Positions 51,130 to 60,655 of a stretch of 64,000 bases of DNA are shown here, piece after piece. The position numbers were made by a program, and so were the translations under genes. Source of the DNA: Candidatus Harrisonbacteria bacterium (GTDB taxonomy: Bacteria; Patescibacteriota; Minisyncoccia; UBA6257; 1-14-0-10-44-23). Location: contig JAHFLF010000003.1 of assembly GCA_023255625.1 (NCBI GenBank), forward strand, positions 2,105 to 66,104. The letters run 5' to 3'. The notes under the pieces were generated by a model that was not told the DNA's origin, did not search any database, and saw only the letters and a list, made by a program, of their open reading frames with translations. The number at the start of each line of letters is the position of its first letter. Positions within the stretch are counted from its first letter, which is position 1.

Positions 51130-51390
51130 TTAGACCATAGTAAGAATCTGCTTAAAGGCGCTCGGCATTTCTTTCGCAAGTCGATAATATACATAAATGC
51201 TCCGCTGCTCTTTTTCTAATAAATCGGCCAAGAAAAGTGTTCGCAAGTGGCGCGAGGTTGCCTTAAATGATAAATGTATCTCGCCGGCAATATCCTGCAC
51301 CGTCGCCTCTCGTTCTTGCTTGAGATACTTTAATATTTGTAAGCGGCGCAAATTAGCAACTGCTTTTAATTTTTTCTCAACTTCTTTCAT
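51130..51390 (-). CDS. ArsR/SmtB family regulator
   Basis: LKAVANLRRLQIL, TSRHLRTL, VYYRL. Confidence 0.88.
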   Translation of the reverse strand: MKEVEKKLKAVANLRRLQILKYLKQEREATVQDIAGEIHLSFKATSRHLRTLFLADLLEKEQRSIYVYYRLAKEMPSAFKQILTMV

Positions 51391-51460
51391 AATCTTTTAC
51401 TATCTTATTAAAGTATACCATGCCCTTATTCGGCCGAATGAGTCTATAGTAGATCCTTCA

Positions 51461-52735
51461 CTAATATGGGAGAGGGAAATTTTTGCAGAGCGCTACGACC
51501 TCTTTTCGGATTTTTGCTGGTGATTCTTTCTGGTCAATCAGCCGATGAATCCAGCCGGCAATAATTTTCATTTCTTTTTCTTTCATGCCGCGACTAGTAA
51601 CAAGCGGCGTGCCCATGCGAATACCGGTTGGTCGGAACGGCTTGTCGTCGCCGGGCACCGAATTACGGTTAGCAATAATGCCTGCTTTTTCAAGTAATTG
51701 CTCACCCTCGGAACCAGTCACATTTTTATTTTTTAGGTCAATGAGCAGCAAGTGGTTTTCTGTGCCGCCGGAGTAAATGGTAAATCCGTACTTCGCAAGC
51801 TCCTGCGCAAGCACCTTCGCATTTTTTACAATCTGTACCCCGTACCTCTTAAACTTCGGATCCTGCATTAGCTTGAACATAAGGGCAATCGCCGCCGTCT
51901 GGTTATTGTGTGGGCCGCCTTGAATCCCCGGGATAATGGCCTTATTGATGGCCATACCCAGCTGCTGCCCCTTCGCAAAGATAACGGCACCGCGAGGGCC
52001 CCGCATCGTCTTGTGCGTCGTCGCCATGACTGCGTCAGTGTGCGGAAACGGACTTGGATGCTGCCCCGTCGCAACTAAGCCGGCAATATGGCTGATATCG
52101 GCAACATGATACGCGCCAACTTTTTTAGCAATCTCGCCGATGCGTTTAAAATCAATCAGCCGTGAATAGGCCGTCGCACCAGAATAAATAACTTTCGGCT
52201 TGTGCTCCATCGCCAGTTTTTCAATCTGTGCATAATCAAGCAGACCGGTCTTCTCATCTAAGCCGTACTGCACCGATTTGTAAAAGATGCCTGAAAAATT
52301 CAACTTAAATCCATGAGTCAAGTGTCCGCCGTGTGCAAGCGACATACCAAGCACAGTGTCGCCCGGTTTCATGAGCGCGAAATAAATTGCCATGTTTGCC
52401 GCAGAACCAGAAGCCGCCTGCACATTCAAAAACCAAGTATCTTTATCCGCCGGATTTACCTCGTCCGATTTCATTGGCAGTTCGGTTGAGGGTTTGCCAT
52501 TTATACCGAATGCTTTAAATCCCTCGGTTTGCGCGAGCAACTCAATCTCATCGCAGAACTCATTGCCCGGATAGTAACGCCGGCGCGGATACCCTTCAGA
52601 ATATTTATTGACGAGCGGCGTGCCGAGCACTTTTAGAATTTCCGGATCAGCAATATTTTCTGACGGAATCAGCCCAATCGTCTCCTGCTGGCGCTTAGTT
52701 TCGGCATTTATTAACTTCCACAGTTTTGTATACAT
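51461..52735 (-). CDS. glyA: Serine hydroxymethyltransferase
   Basis: LIPSEN, NKYSEGYP, GGHLTHG, TTHKTMRGPRG. Confidence 0.97.
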   Translation of the reverse strand: MYTKLWKLINAETKRQQETIGLIPSENIADPEILKVLGTPLVNKYSEGYPRRRYYPGNEFCDEIELLAQTEGFKAFGINGKPSTELPMKSDEVNPADKDTWFLNVQAASGSAANMAIYFALMKPGDTVLGMSLAHGGHLTHGFKLNFSGIFYKSVQYGLDEKTGLLDYAQIEKLAMEHKPKVIYSGATAYSRLIDFKRIGEIAKKVGAYHVADISHIAGLVATGQHPSPFPHTDAVMATTHKTMRGPRGAVIFAKGQQLGMAINKAIIPGIQGGPHNNQTAAIALMFKLMQDPKFKRYGVQIVKNAKVLAQELAKYGFTIYSGGTENHLLLIDLKNKNVTGSEGEQLLEKAGIIANRNSVPGDDKPFRPTGIRMGTPLVTSRGMKEKEMKIIAGWIHRLIDQKESPAKIRKEVVALCKNFPLPY

Positions 52736-52827
52736 GATGATTTTGTATAAATTGTACTCGATTTATTTACAAAATCTTCACCCCGCCAACGGCGCGGGTA
52801 ACGACTCTGTAAGATTTACTTTACCAT

Positions 52828-53592
52828 TTACTCCAATCTGATTCCACCTTTTCCTTTCTTCCACTTCGCTTTTTTAAGCAGCGGGTAAAATACATCATCC
52901 TGCGGGCGCACAAGCAGACCATCATTTTTATTTTTGGGCTTGTATGGCTTATCCGTAAACTGCACAAACGGAATGTCGGTAATAAGCGCCGCCGGCGTAG
53001 ACTCATTCCCCTCTCCCATCACAACAACAGCAGCGGCTGCAAATCCATCAGCGATATTGCGCAATGTTACCTTGAGCGGCTCGCCAAATAAATCGGGCGT
53101 ACCGCGATAATCAGTCAGTGGCACAAAACCATACGAGCCGATTGAGATGCCAACCGTGCCGCGGCGAAAAGGCAACAGATGCGAATCAGTAATTAATACA
53201 CCAACGCGCTTTACGCCATACTCTTTGCGCAGCCACTGCCAAATCTTTTTCGCCGATTCATTCGGGCTGATCGGCAGAAGAGTAAAATACTTCGCACTAT
53301 TACTCATATCAATCCCCGCAGAAGAAATGAATGCGCTGTGCTTGACCGTTGCCTGGTAATCGCCAAATCGGGTTTCCGTTTTTGGAAAATAATAATCTGC
53401 TTCAAGACGCATGAGCGCATCTTTTGTATTCCCCTTTTGTAACACACACCGCCCCTCCCAAATGCTCACCGCTTTTGAAGTAACCACCAAAACTGAATTT
53501 TCCGGCACATGCCTAATTGACCTGCGCAAAACTGCCAGCAGGTCATCCTGCGGTGGCTGTAGAACCCGAGTTTTAATTGGTTTAACGAACAT
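52828..53592 (-). CDS. CofE-like gamma-glutamyl ligase (FolC2-like)
   Basis: VTSKAVSIWEG, SAGIDMSN, ITDS..PFRRG, DLFG, MGEGNESTP. Confidence 0.85.
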   Translation of the reverse strand: MFVKPIKTRVLQPPQDDLLAVLRRSIRHVPENSVLVVTSKAVSIWEGRCVLQKGNTKDALMRLEADYYFPKTETRFGDYQATVKHSAFISSAGIDMSNSAKYFTLLPISPNESAKKIWQWLRKEYGVKRVGVLITDSHLLPFRRGTVGISIGSYGFVPLTDYRGTPDLFGEPLKVTLRNIADGFAAAAVVVMGEGNESTPAALITDIPFVQFTDKPYKPKNKNDGLLVRPQDDVFYPLLKKAKWKKGKGGIRLE

Positions 53593-54109
53593 ATTTCAGT
53601 AGTAATGTCCCCCGTTTATTTAATTTCTTAACACTCGCAAGCTTAAATTTTTCCTCAAACGACCCTTCGGCAATGAGCGACTTTCCGTTACCAAAGATGA
53701 ACGGCTCAATCGTCAGTAGTATTTCGTCAATCAGCTTTGCTTTGAAAAACAAAGCGTTGATTTCACCGCCGCCAACCAAAAACAATTGCGTATACCCCTT
53801 CTTTGCATACTCTTCAACCAACTTCTGCGCAGTCGCGCTCGTAAACTCTAGTTGGCCTGGCCGTACATGTTTGCCATACCGCTTCGGCGTGCGCGTCATC
53901 ACCACACGAAGCTGCCCCGGACGAAACTCCATAAAGTCACGCGCAGCATCATAGGTTTTACTGCCCATCACGACCAGCTTCTGCTTTTTGAGTGTTCCGT
54001 AAAACAACTCTTGGTCTTCTCCAGATGCCCACTCTTGGATATCAACACTCGTCGTGCCCTTCGTAATCCGTCCGTTGATTGTAGAAACCATCATGAGCAC
54101 GACTCGCAT
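53582..54109 (-). CDS. Dihydrofolate reductase/RibD-C family reductase
   Basis: VSTINGRI, VVMGSKTY, VGGGEIN, IDEILLTIEPFIFGNG. Confidence 0.85.
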   Translation of the reverse strand: MRVVLMMVSTINGRITKGTTSVDIQEWASGEDQELFYGTLKKQKLVVMGSKTYDAARDFMEFRPGQLRVVMTRTPKRYGKHVRPGQLEFTSATAQKLVEEYAKKGYTQLFLVGGGEINALFFKAKLIDEILLTIEPFIFGNGKSLIAEGSFEEKFKLASVKKLNKRGTLLLKYVR

Positions 54110-54112
54110 ATT

Positions 54113-54766
54113 CTATGCTTTCTGAATTTGCTTTTTTTCACCGCGCAGCCAGCGAATTCCAAGATACGAAAGTGGCGTAAAGGCAAAACCCATCGCAACC
54201 TTGTAGACCCACCAGGAAAGAGTAGTCGTAATGAGCACTGGCCAGGAATACACGCCGATAAATGCAATGCTCATGAACAAGACGCTGTCAAGAAACTGCG
54301 ACCAGATGTTAGACATAAGCGACCGGAGCCAAAAGTGCCGCGAACCAAACCGTGCCTTGAAAAAGAAAAACGAAAGCACATCCTGATACTCGGCAACAAT
54401 ATAGGCAACCAGCGAGGCAATCGTAATCCGCGCCGTAATACCAAACACCGTCCCGTACGCACCCTGTACCCAGCTAGCGTCATGCGACCAGGGCATGGCC
54501 AGCGAAATCATCGCGTAGATAAGAAAGACCAGATTGCTCAAGAATCCGGCAATCACAAATGACTTGGCCGTCTCCTTGCCAAACACCTCGCCGACAACAT
54601 CGGTCATGATAAAGACAATCGGAAACGAAAATACTGCCACCGACAGATGCGTGCCGAAAAGAAATGGCATTAATTTAAGTCCAAGCGTATTGGCCGCAAA
54701 CAGAGAGGTCAGGTACAGAGTCAGCGCGACGAGCAGCCGCCGCGAGGTAAAGATAGTAAGATCCAT
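54113..54766 (-). CDS. YhhQ/VUT-family (queuosine precursor-type) transporter
   Basis: FPIVFIMTDVVGEVFG, RITIASLVAY, RSLMSNIWSQFLDS. Confidence 0.88.
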   Translation of the reverse strand: MDLTIFTSRRLLVALTLYLTSLFAANTLGLKLMPFLFGTHLSVAVFSFPIVFIMTDVVGEVFGKETAKSFVIAGFLSNLVFLIYAMISLAMPWSHDASWVQGAYGTVFGITARITIASLVAYIVAEYQDVLSFFFFKARFGSRHFWLRSLMSNIWSQFLDSVLFMSIAFIGVYSWPVLITTTLSWWVYKVAMGFAFTPLSYLGIRWLRGEKKQIQKA

Positions 54767-54792
54767 GCGAGAAATAATTTAATGGTAAAACA

Positions 54793-54905
54793 AAACCGCC
54801 TAACAGTGGCGGTTTCTAAACAATAACATAAGAAGCCGCCAAAAACTATGAGGCGACTCGCGAGGTAAATGAAGACCAGGTTGTGATGTGAGCGTTGTGA
54901 AGCAT
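54793..54905 (-). promoter_or_regulatory. Candidate leader-peptide attenuator (uORF 54905-54846 plus alternative hairpins and terminator)
   Basis: TATACT-6nt-ATG; MLHNAHITTWSSFTSRVAS*; terminator AAACCGCC-ACTGTTA-GGCGGTTTTGTTTT. Confidence 0.6.
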
Positions 54906-54934
54906 AGGATTAGTATAGCATAAGTTTGTCTTTG

Positions 54935-55006
54935 TGCGCGTGGGAGGGATCGAACCTCCGGCCTTTTCATTATCAGTGAAATGCTCTACCACTGAGCTAC
55001 ACGCGC
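54935..55006 (-). tRNA. tRNA-Ile(GAT), CCA not encoded
   Basis: GCGCGTGTAGCTCAGTGGTAGAGCATTTCACTGATAATGAAAAGGCCGGAGGTTCGATCCCTCCCACGCGCA. Confidence 0.95.
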
Positions 55007-55243
55007 CCTTCTTCGCTTAGCTTGGTAACTAAGCTTCGCAAGGGCAAGAGATGGTATATCTGTATCTCTCGTCCTTCCGAAGCTCGAGTACTCACGAGCG
55101 TAGGAGGAAGCTACACGCGCCCTTCTTCGCTTAGCTTGGTAACTAAGCTTCGCAAGGGCAAGAGATGGTATATCTGTATCTCTCGTCCTTCCGAAGCTCG
55201 AGTACTCACGAGCGTAGGAGGAAGCTACACGCGCCCTTCTTCG
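54995..55243. repeat. 114-bp tandem repeat (two full copies plus partial) containing the tRNA-Ile 5' end
   Basis: Units start at 54995, 55109 and 55223 with AGCTACACGCGCCCTTCTTCG. Confidence 0.92.
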
Positions 55244-55315
55244 TTAAAGCTTCGCAGGGCAAGCATTAACTTAGCTATTATTTTTACCTGAATACGGCTG
55301 GTTAGTCAATGAAGG

Positions 55316-55675
55316 TTACGGCCTAGTTGTGGTCGGCTTAGCCGACGGGATTGTTGATGTCGCCAAGGTCGTTGTTGAGCCATTCGTTGTAGTCGCCACG
55401 GTTGTCGTTGCAACACTTGGCCCGGGGATTGAATATGCGCTTAAAAGAGTCGTGCTGCCCGGGTAAAGACGCTTGACAATTTCATCATATTTCGCAAAGT
55501 TAAAGGCCTGATTTTTATCAGCATCTAACTGTTCCTCGCCAAAAACAGCATCGGCTTTTTGCGTTATAGCACTCACCAGATAAATAAAGTAAGTAATCAA
55601 ACCGAGAGCCAGCAAACTAGCCGCCACCATATAAATAACCTCCCGCCGATGATTGCCAGCATTTTTAATTCTCAT
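55316..55675 (-). CDS. Hypothetical membrane protein with Thr-rich tail
   Basis: One TM; abuts the pilO-like gene. Confidence 0.65.
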   Translation of the reverse strand: MRIKNAGNHRREVIYMVAASLLALGLITYFIYLVSAITQKADAVFGEEQLDADKNQAFNFAKYDEIVKRLYPGSTTLLSAYSIPGPSVATTTVATTTNGSTTTLATSTIPSAKPTTTRP

Positions 55676-56221
55676 TTATTTAGTATAAATCAACCCGTTT
55701 GTTGTTAAATTATACTTGTCTTCCAGCTGATAATTAACTGTAATGTTGTCAAAATGAATAAAGTACGGATGTGCCTCCAAAAATTTGATGAATCCAACCA
55801 GAGCGTCATATGTGCCGCTAGTGCTTAAGTCAAAATGAATGCTGCCGGGACTTTGCCCTGTCGCCTTCTTCTGTTCTCCATATTCAAATCCGGCCGTAAC
55901 GCCAAACTCTTTCGGGTAAACATTATTCATCTTGCGTCGAAAACTTAATAAATCATTTTCTCCCGGAAGCACCGTTTCAAGCCAGGTAAGCAGTGGCTCT
56001 GCCCGCTTCAAGTCGCTGTTGCCGCCGGCCAAAAGCTCAACCATCCGGTTACGCAGAGCAATCTCGTTCTTTTGAGCTCGAATATCCGCCGCTTGTTTGG
56101 TAGTATGAATATTCAGAATAACAACTGCGGCCGCCAAAACAACTATCGTAGCGACTGCGATTACCACTTGCACCAATAAGCGTCTGTAAAAATTAGTTAA
56201 AGTCATCGTATAGTATTCCAA
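55676..56221 (-). CDS. PilO-like pilus assembly protein
   Basis: TM, coiled coil, LP, then SGTYDALVGFIKFLEAHPYFI. Confidence 0.65.
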   Translation of the reverse strand: MEYYTMTLTNFYRRLLVQVVIAVATIVVLAAAVVILNIHTTKQAADIRAQKNEIALRNRMVELLAGGNSDLKRAEPLLTWLETVLPGENDLLSFRRKMNNVYPKEFGVTAGFEYGEQKKATGQSPGSIHFDLSTSGTYDALVGFIKFLEAHPYFIHFDNITVNYQLEDKYNLTTNGLIYTK

Positions 56222-56288
56222 ACACGCTAATCATCATGAATACGCTAAAAAAATAATCGGGAATAATTATAGTATATCATAATAAGAT

Positions 56289-57323
56289 ATGGCTGCGATC
56301 TCTGAACATTCCTTCTACAATGCGCTCGCTCTCCGCTATCGTGCGAATTACGGAGCTCTTAAAAAATTGCGGCAGCGATTTTCCAGCTGGGGAAAAGCGT
56401 ACGCTGCCACTCGCGATCGAGAGACGCCGGATCCGGAAGAAGCATTTGCGGAACTTGAAAAATTTGGCATCCAGTGTATTCTGCGCGAAGACAAAATTTT
56501 TCCGGCACAACTTTTAGAAATTTCCTGGCCGCCATTCGCGCTGTATGTTCGTGGCCAGTTGCCAAAAAAGTGGACTCCGGCCTTGGCGATGGTCGGTACG
56601 CGTAAAGCAACGCCGGTTGGCCTCCGATTTGCCGAACAGCTGGCCGGCGATCTAGCCAGACGCGGTGTCATAATTATTAGCGGGCTGGCTCTGGGGGTTG
56701 ACGCGGCCAGCCAACATGGTGCAATTGCCGGCGGCGGCATCACCGTGGCCGTCCTTGCCTCCGGATTAGATCGGATCACGCCGCAAACTAATAGCCGGCT
56801 GGGAGAACAAATTTTGCAAAAAGGCGGCGCGATTATCTCTGAATATCCAATCGGCACCGAATCTGTACCGCGACTTTTCCTGGAAAGAAACCGAATTGTC
56901 AGCGGTCTATCACAAGCCGCTCTGATTATTGAGGCGCCTAAGCGCTCCGGCACGCTCTCAACCGCCCGTTTTGCAATTGAACAAAATCGGGATGTCCTGG
57001 TTGTGCCCGGCGGAATAAATAACCCAAATTATGAGGGTTCAAATGAGCTACTCAAGCAAGGTGCACAACTCGTTACCGGCATTAGCGATGTACTCCAAAC
57101 GCTGGGTCTTGATGAGCAGCCGGAAAAAGCAACTATGCGCTTTCCTTTTCTTGATGATCCGCAGCAAAAAATCATGGCATATTTGACAGAGCTCGGCGAG
57201 CCCGTGCATACTGACGCCTTGTCCGATGCGCTAAAAATCTCCGGACAACAAATTAGCGAATCGCTGGCTATGCTAACTATTATGAGCATCGTCAAAGAAG
57301 AAGGCGGCCGATATTATATATGA
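56289..57323 (+). CDS. dprA: DNA-processing protein DprA
   Basis: AMVGTRK, IISGLALGVD, ISEYP, RNRIVSGLS, SGTLSTA. Confidence 0.95.
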   Translation: MAAISEHSFYNALALRYRANYGALKKLRQRFSSWGKAYAATRDRETPDPEEAFAELEKFGIQCILREDKIFPAQLLEISWPPFALYVRGQLPKKWTPALAMVGTRKATPVGLRFAEQLAGDLARRGVIIISGLALGVDAASQHGAIAGGGITVAVLASGLDRITPQTNSRLGEQILQKGGAIISEYPIGTESVPRLFLERNRIVSGLSQAALIIEAPKRSGTLSTARFAIEQNRDVLVVPGGINNPNYEGSNELLKQGAQLVTGISDVLQTLGLDEQPEKATMRFPFLDDPQQKIMAYLTELGEPVHTDALSDALKISGQQISESLAMLTIMSIVKEEGGRYYI

Positions 57324-57435
57324 ATGCAAATTTCTATTTTTCAATTTCTAATTCCTAAACAATTTCCAATTTATAAATTTCAAAATTAAAATATTGTTTG
57401 AAAATTGATAATTAAAAATTAGAAATTTTACACCC

Positions 57436-59652
57436 ATGAAACTCCTCATCGTCGAATCCCCCACCAAAGCGAAAACAATCGGCAAATATATCGGCAGCGG
57501 CTACACCGTCGTCGCTTCGGTCGGCCATGTGCGAGATCTGCCGAAGTCAAATAAAAAAGCGATTGATATCGCCGCTGGGTTTGTGCCGCACTATGAAGTG
57601 AGCGCCGGCAAAGAGAAAGTGATAGCAGAAATCAAATCTCTGGCGCACAAAGCCGACGAGACTATTTTAGCAACCGACCCGGATCGAGAGGGCGAGGCCA
57701 TCGCCTGGCACATCGCGCAGGCCGTAGGATTAAAAAACCCAGACCGCGTTGTTTTTCATGAAATCACCAAAGAGGCGGTGCTGGAGGCACTTATGCATCC
57801 GCGCAAAATTGACATGCAACTTAAAGAAGCGCAGGAGGCGCGGCGGGTTTTAGACCGCTTAGTCGGCTATGACCTCTCCGGACTGATTTGGAAAAAAGTT
57901 CGTTACGGACTTTCGGCTGGCCGCGTCCAGTCCCCGGCGCTGCGAATTCTCATGGAACGCGAACGCGAAATCCGCGCTTTCAAACCAGACACCTTCTTCT
58001 CTATTTCTGTCTTGCTTCGCAAGATCCCGCATAGCGGGACAGAATCGCAAGAAGACACCTTTACCGCTGTCTGCGAAAAAGAACCGGCAACTGCAGCCGA
58101 GGCCGAGCTGATTTGCACCGCCGCCAAAAATGGAAAGTGGGCGGTTGTCTCGGTTACAGAAACGCAGGTGAATCGCTCTCCTCTTCCGCCGTTTACAACC
58201 AGCACGCTCCAGCAGGTCGCCTCTAACCGACTTGGTTTTTCACCAAAAAGAACGATGATGGCGGCGCAAAAGCTCTATGAGCATGGGCACATAACTTATA
58301 TGCGCACCGACAGCGTGAACATCTCTGCTGTTGCGCTGGAGCAGATAAAGTCGGCGGTTGTTAAAAAATTTGGCGCGGCGGCGCACCAACCGCGCGTTTA
58401 CAAAACCACCTCAAAAAATGCGCAGGAGGCCCACGAGGCCATCCGTCCATCGCATTTTGAAAAAGAAACCGCTGGGCTAAGCGATGACCAGCATGAACTT
58501 TATCGGCTGATCTGGCAGCGGACAGTCTCTTCGCAGATGCAGGACGCAGTTATGATGCGCACGCGGGTTATTTCTAATATTCAAACGAAAACAATTCCCG
58601 ACTTTGTGGTGAACGGCTCACGCGTCATAAGCGCCGGCTGGCTGGCCGCCGATCCGGAGGCCAAGGGCGAGGACAAGTCAGTGCCAAAAGTTGCCGCGCA
58701 CGATCCGCTCTCGCTCATAAAAATCACGCCGGAAGAAAAGCAGACCCAGCCGCCAAACCGATATTCAGAGGCAGGGCTCATTAAAGAACTGGAAAAGCGC
58801 GGCATCGGTCGCCCGTCAACCTATGCCTCAATTATCAACACGATTATTGAGCGCGGCTACGTTGATAAAGATGGACGGACGCTGAAGCCGACAGACACCG
58901 GCGATGTGGTCTCCACATTTTTGGAGCAAAATTTTGAAAACTATATCAGCGATACCTTTACGGCCGAGATGGAGGACGAGCTGGATGATATCGCCACCGG
59001 TAAGCGAAAATATTTGCCGACTCTCAAGGACTTTTACGGGCCGTTTTCAAAAGATGTAAAGTCAAAAGAAAAAACCGCAAAGTTGACCACGCTTGGCGAT
59101 GCCGATCCAAAACTCAAGTGCCCAAAATGCGGTGCCGCGATGATTATTAAGCTAGGCCGCGGCGGTAAGTTTTTGAGCTGCGAGACATTTCCGGAATGCA
59201 AAGGTATGCGGAACATTGACGGCAGCGAAATTAAAGAAGCAGCGGCAATCGGCACTGATCCAGTGAGCGGCTTGCCGGTGTTTATCATGACCGGCCAATA
59301 TGGACCGTATGTTCAATTAGGTATTAAAGACGACAAAAAAAATAATAAGAACAAAAAACCGCGCCGATCATCAGTACCAAAAGAAAAAGACCCGGCAACC
59401 GTCACGCTTGAAGAGGCCCTGAAATATCTTTCCCTGCCGCGCCAGCTTGGCGCGCATCCGGACACAAAGGAAATAATCTCCGCCAATATCGGCATGTTCG
59501 GTCCGTATATTGTTCATCAAAAAGATTTTCGTTCGCTGAAACCGGCTGATGGAGACGATGTCTATACTATTAATCTTGACCGCGCCTTAGAAATTTTCAA
59601 AGAGCCAAAAAAGTTTGGCCGCCGCGGCCGCCAGAAAAAGGAAACTCCATAG
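57436..59652 (+). CDS. topA: DNA topoisomerase I
   Basis: LIVESPTKAK, ATDPDREGE, SAGRVQS, ITYMRTDS, GIGRPSTY, Zn ribbon. Confidence 0.97.
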   Translation: MKLLIVESPTKAKTIGKYIGSGYTVVASVGHVRDLPKSNKKAIDIAAGFVPHYEVSAGKEKVIAEIKSLAHKADETILATDPDREGEAIAWHIAQAVGLKNPDRVVFHEITKEAVLEALMHPRKIDMQLKEAQEARRVLDRLVGYDLSGLIWKKVRYGLSAGRVQSPALRILMEREREIRAFKPDTFFSISVLLRKIPHSGTESQEDTFTAVCEKEPATAAEAELICTAAKNGKWAVVSVTETQVNRSPLPPFTTSTLQQVASNRLGFSPKRTMMAAQKLYEHGHITYMRTDSVNISAVALEQIKSAVVKKFGAAAHQPRVYKTTSKNAQEAHEAIRPSHFEKETAGLSDDQHELYRLIWQRTVSSQMQDAVMMRTRVISNIQTKTIPDFVVNGSRVISAGWLAADPEAKGEDKSVPKVAAHDPLSLIKITPEEKQTQPPNRYSEAGLIKELEKRGIGRPSTYASIINTIIERGYVDKDGRTLKPTDTGDVVSTFLEQNFENYISDTFTAEMEDELDDIATGKRKYLPTLKDFYGPFSKDVKSKEKTAKLTTLGDADPKLKCPKCGAAMIIKLGRGGKFLSCETFPECKGMRNIDGSEIKEAAAIGTDPVSGLPVFIMTGQYGPYVQLGIKDDKKNNKNKKPRRSSVPKEKDPATVTLEEALKYLSLPRQLGAHPDTKEIISANIGMFGPYIVHQKDFRSLKPADGDDVYTINLDRALEIFKEPKKFGRRGRQKKETP

Positions 59653-59869
59653 TATGTCATTGCGAGGTACTCCGTGGCAATCCAGAATCCCTAAAATGAA
59701 AAATCCCCCAGAGGTTATCTGAGGGTTTTCTCTCTTTCGAGAGTGAACGGCTGCTGGTGGTAATGACCACCGACATAAGACAGACTCACAAAACTGCAAA
59801 AAGAAACGGACAACAAGTTCTACGAACGACACGAGAAAACAGTCACGAAGCTACTTCAATGGAGCTAAA

Positions 59870-60181
59870 TCAGTACTGACCTCCGTTCTGAAAGATATCA
59901 ATTTTCGGGAGGTCGATCTCCGAAAGGACTAACGGCTCAGCCCCAAGCATCGGGGTCGGATAATACCACCTCCGAAACAGGCGCTGCGCCTGCGCGCTGC
60001 CGCGATCTCGCGGCTCAAAGACGGCCACATCGAATGAATCGCCGCACAAGCCGGTTGGAATTAACAACCGCTCGTCATTTTTCAAGGGCTCCAGAACCCG
60101 GTCTAGGTTCTTTTCCCAGACCGTTGGCTTCCTACCCAACTTCTTGAAAATGTTGGGTCCTACTGCGTCGATCAGCGTCAT
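59870..60181 (-). CDS. Hypothetical protein
   Basis: GGAGG SD; TTGACA-17-TACTCT upstream. Confidence 0.55.
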   Translation of the reverse strand: MTLIDAVGPNIFKKLGRKPTVWEKNLDRVLEPLKNDERLLIPTGLCGDSFDVAVFEPRDRGSAQAQRLFRRWYYPTPMLGAEPLVLSEIDLPKIDIFQNGGQY

Positions 60182-60343
60182 GCCCGCCTCCGTGTCTGCG
60201 GCATTACATAGCCGCGGAGTTTAGGCATTTCCGGGTTGGAAACGACCAAGCTACGCGGCTACGAAAATTAACAAAGTACTCCATATAGAGTACACCCTTT
60301 TGAGTATTTTGTCAATATCACTAAAAACCTTGATTTTATGGGC

Positions 60344-60595
60344 TTAAACAGCCATGTGCCTATTTAAAAATGCGTCGCGGGGAACCAAAGGTTCCCCGCT
60401 CGCGCTAGCGCAGACGCCGGCTTCTTCGCCCGAATCGACGAAGGTGGATTCCCCGCTGTCGTCCGTACAGAGCGTACAGAGCCAGCACGGCACCTTGCCG
60501 TCCGGCGTGAGCGGAAGTCTCGCGTCCGCTTGCTGCTCCGGAGTCAGGTGAACATCGTGTCCAACCTGACATTTCAAACTCGCCGGGTGAAGCAT
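60344..60595 (-). CDS. GC-rich small Cys/His protein (possible Zn ribbon)
   Basis: AGGAGG SD; CxxGH...CxxC. Confidence 0.55.
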   Translation of the reverse strand: MLHPASLKCQVGHDVHLTPEQQADARLPLTPDGKVPCWLCTLCTDDSGESTFVDSGEEAGVCASASGEPLVPRDAFLNRHMAV

Positions 60596-60655
60596 AGTCC
60601 CCCTCCTAAGTTGGGCCCTGACTACTCCGTGCAGTCTTAGTAAATCAAAAATAAA

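Noticed and set aside
54770-54905. preQ1 riboswitch upstream of the yhhQ-like gene
   Set aside because: No preQ1-I hairpin with A-rich tail was seen; an attenuator fits better.
54995-55291. CRISPR array or 89-aa repeat protein
   Set aside because: Units are wholly identical with no unique spacers and no cas genes; the ORF merely reads through the repeat.
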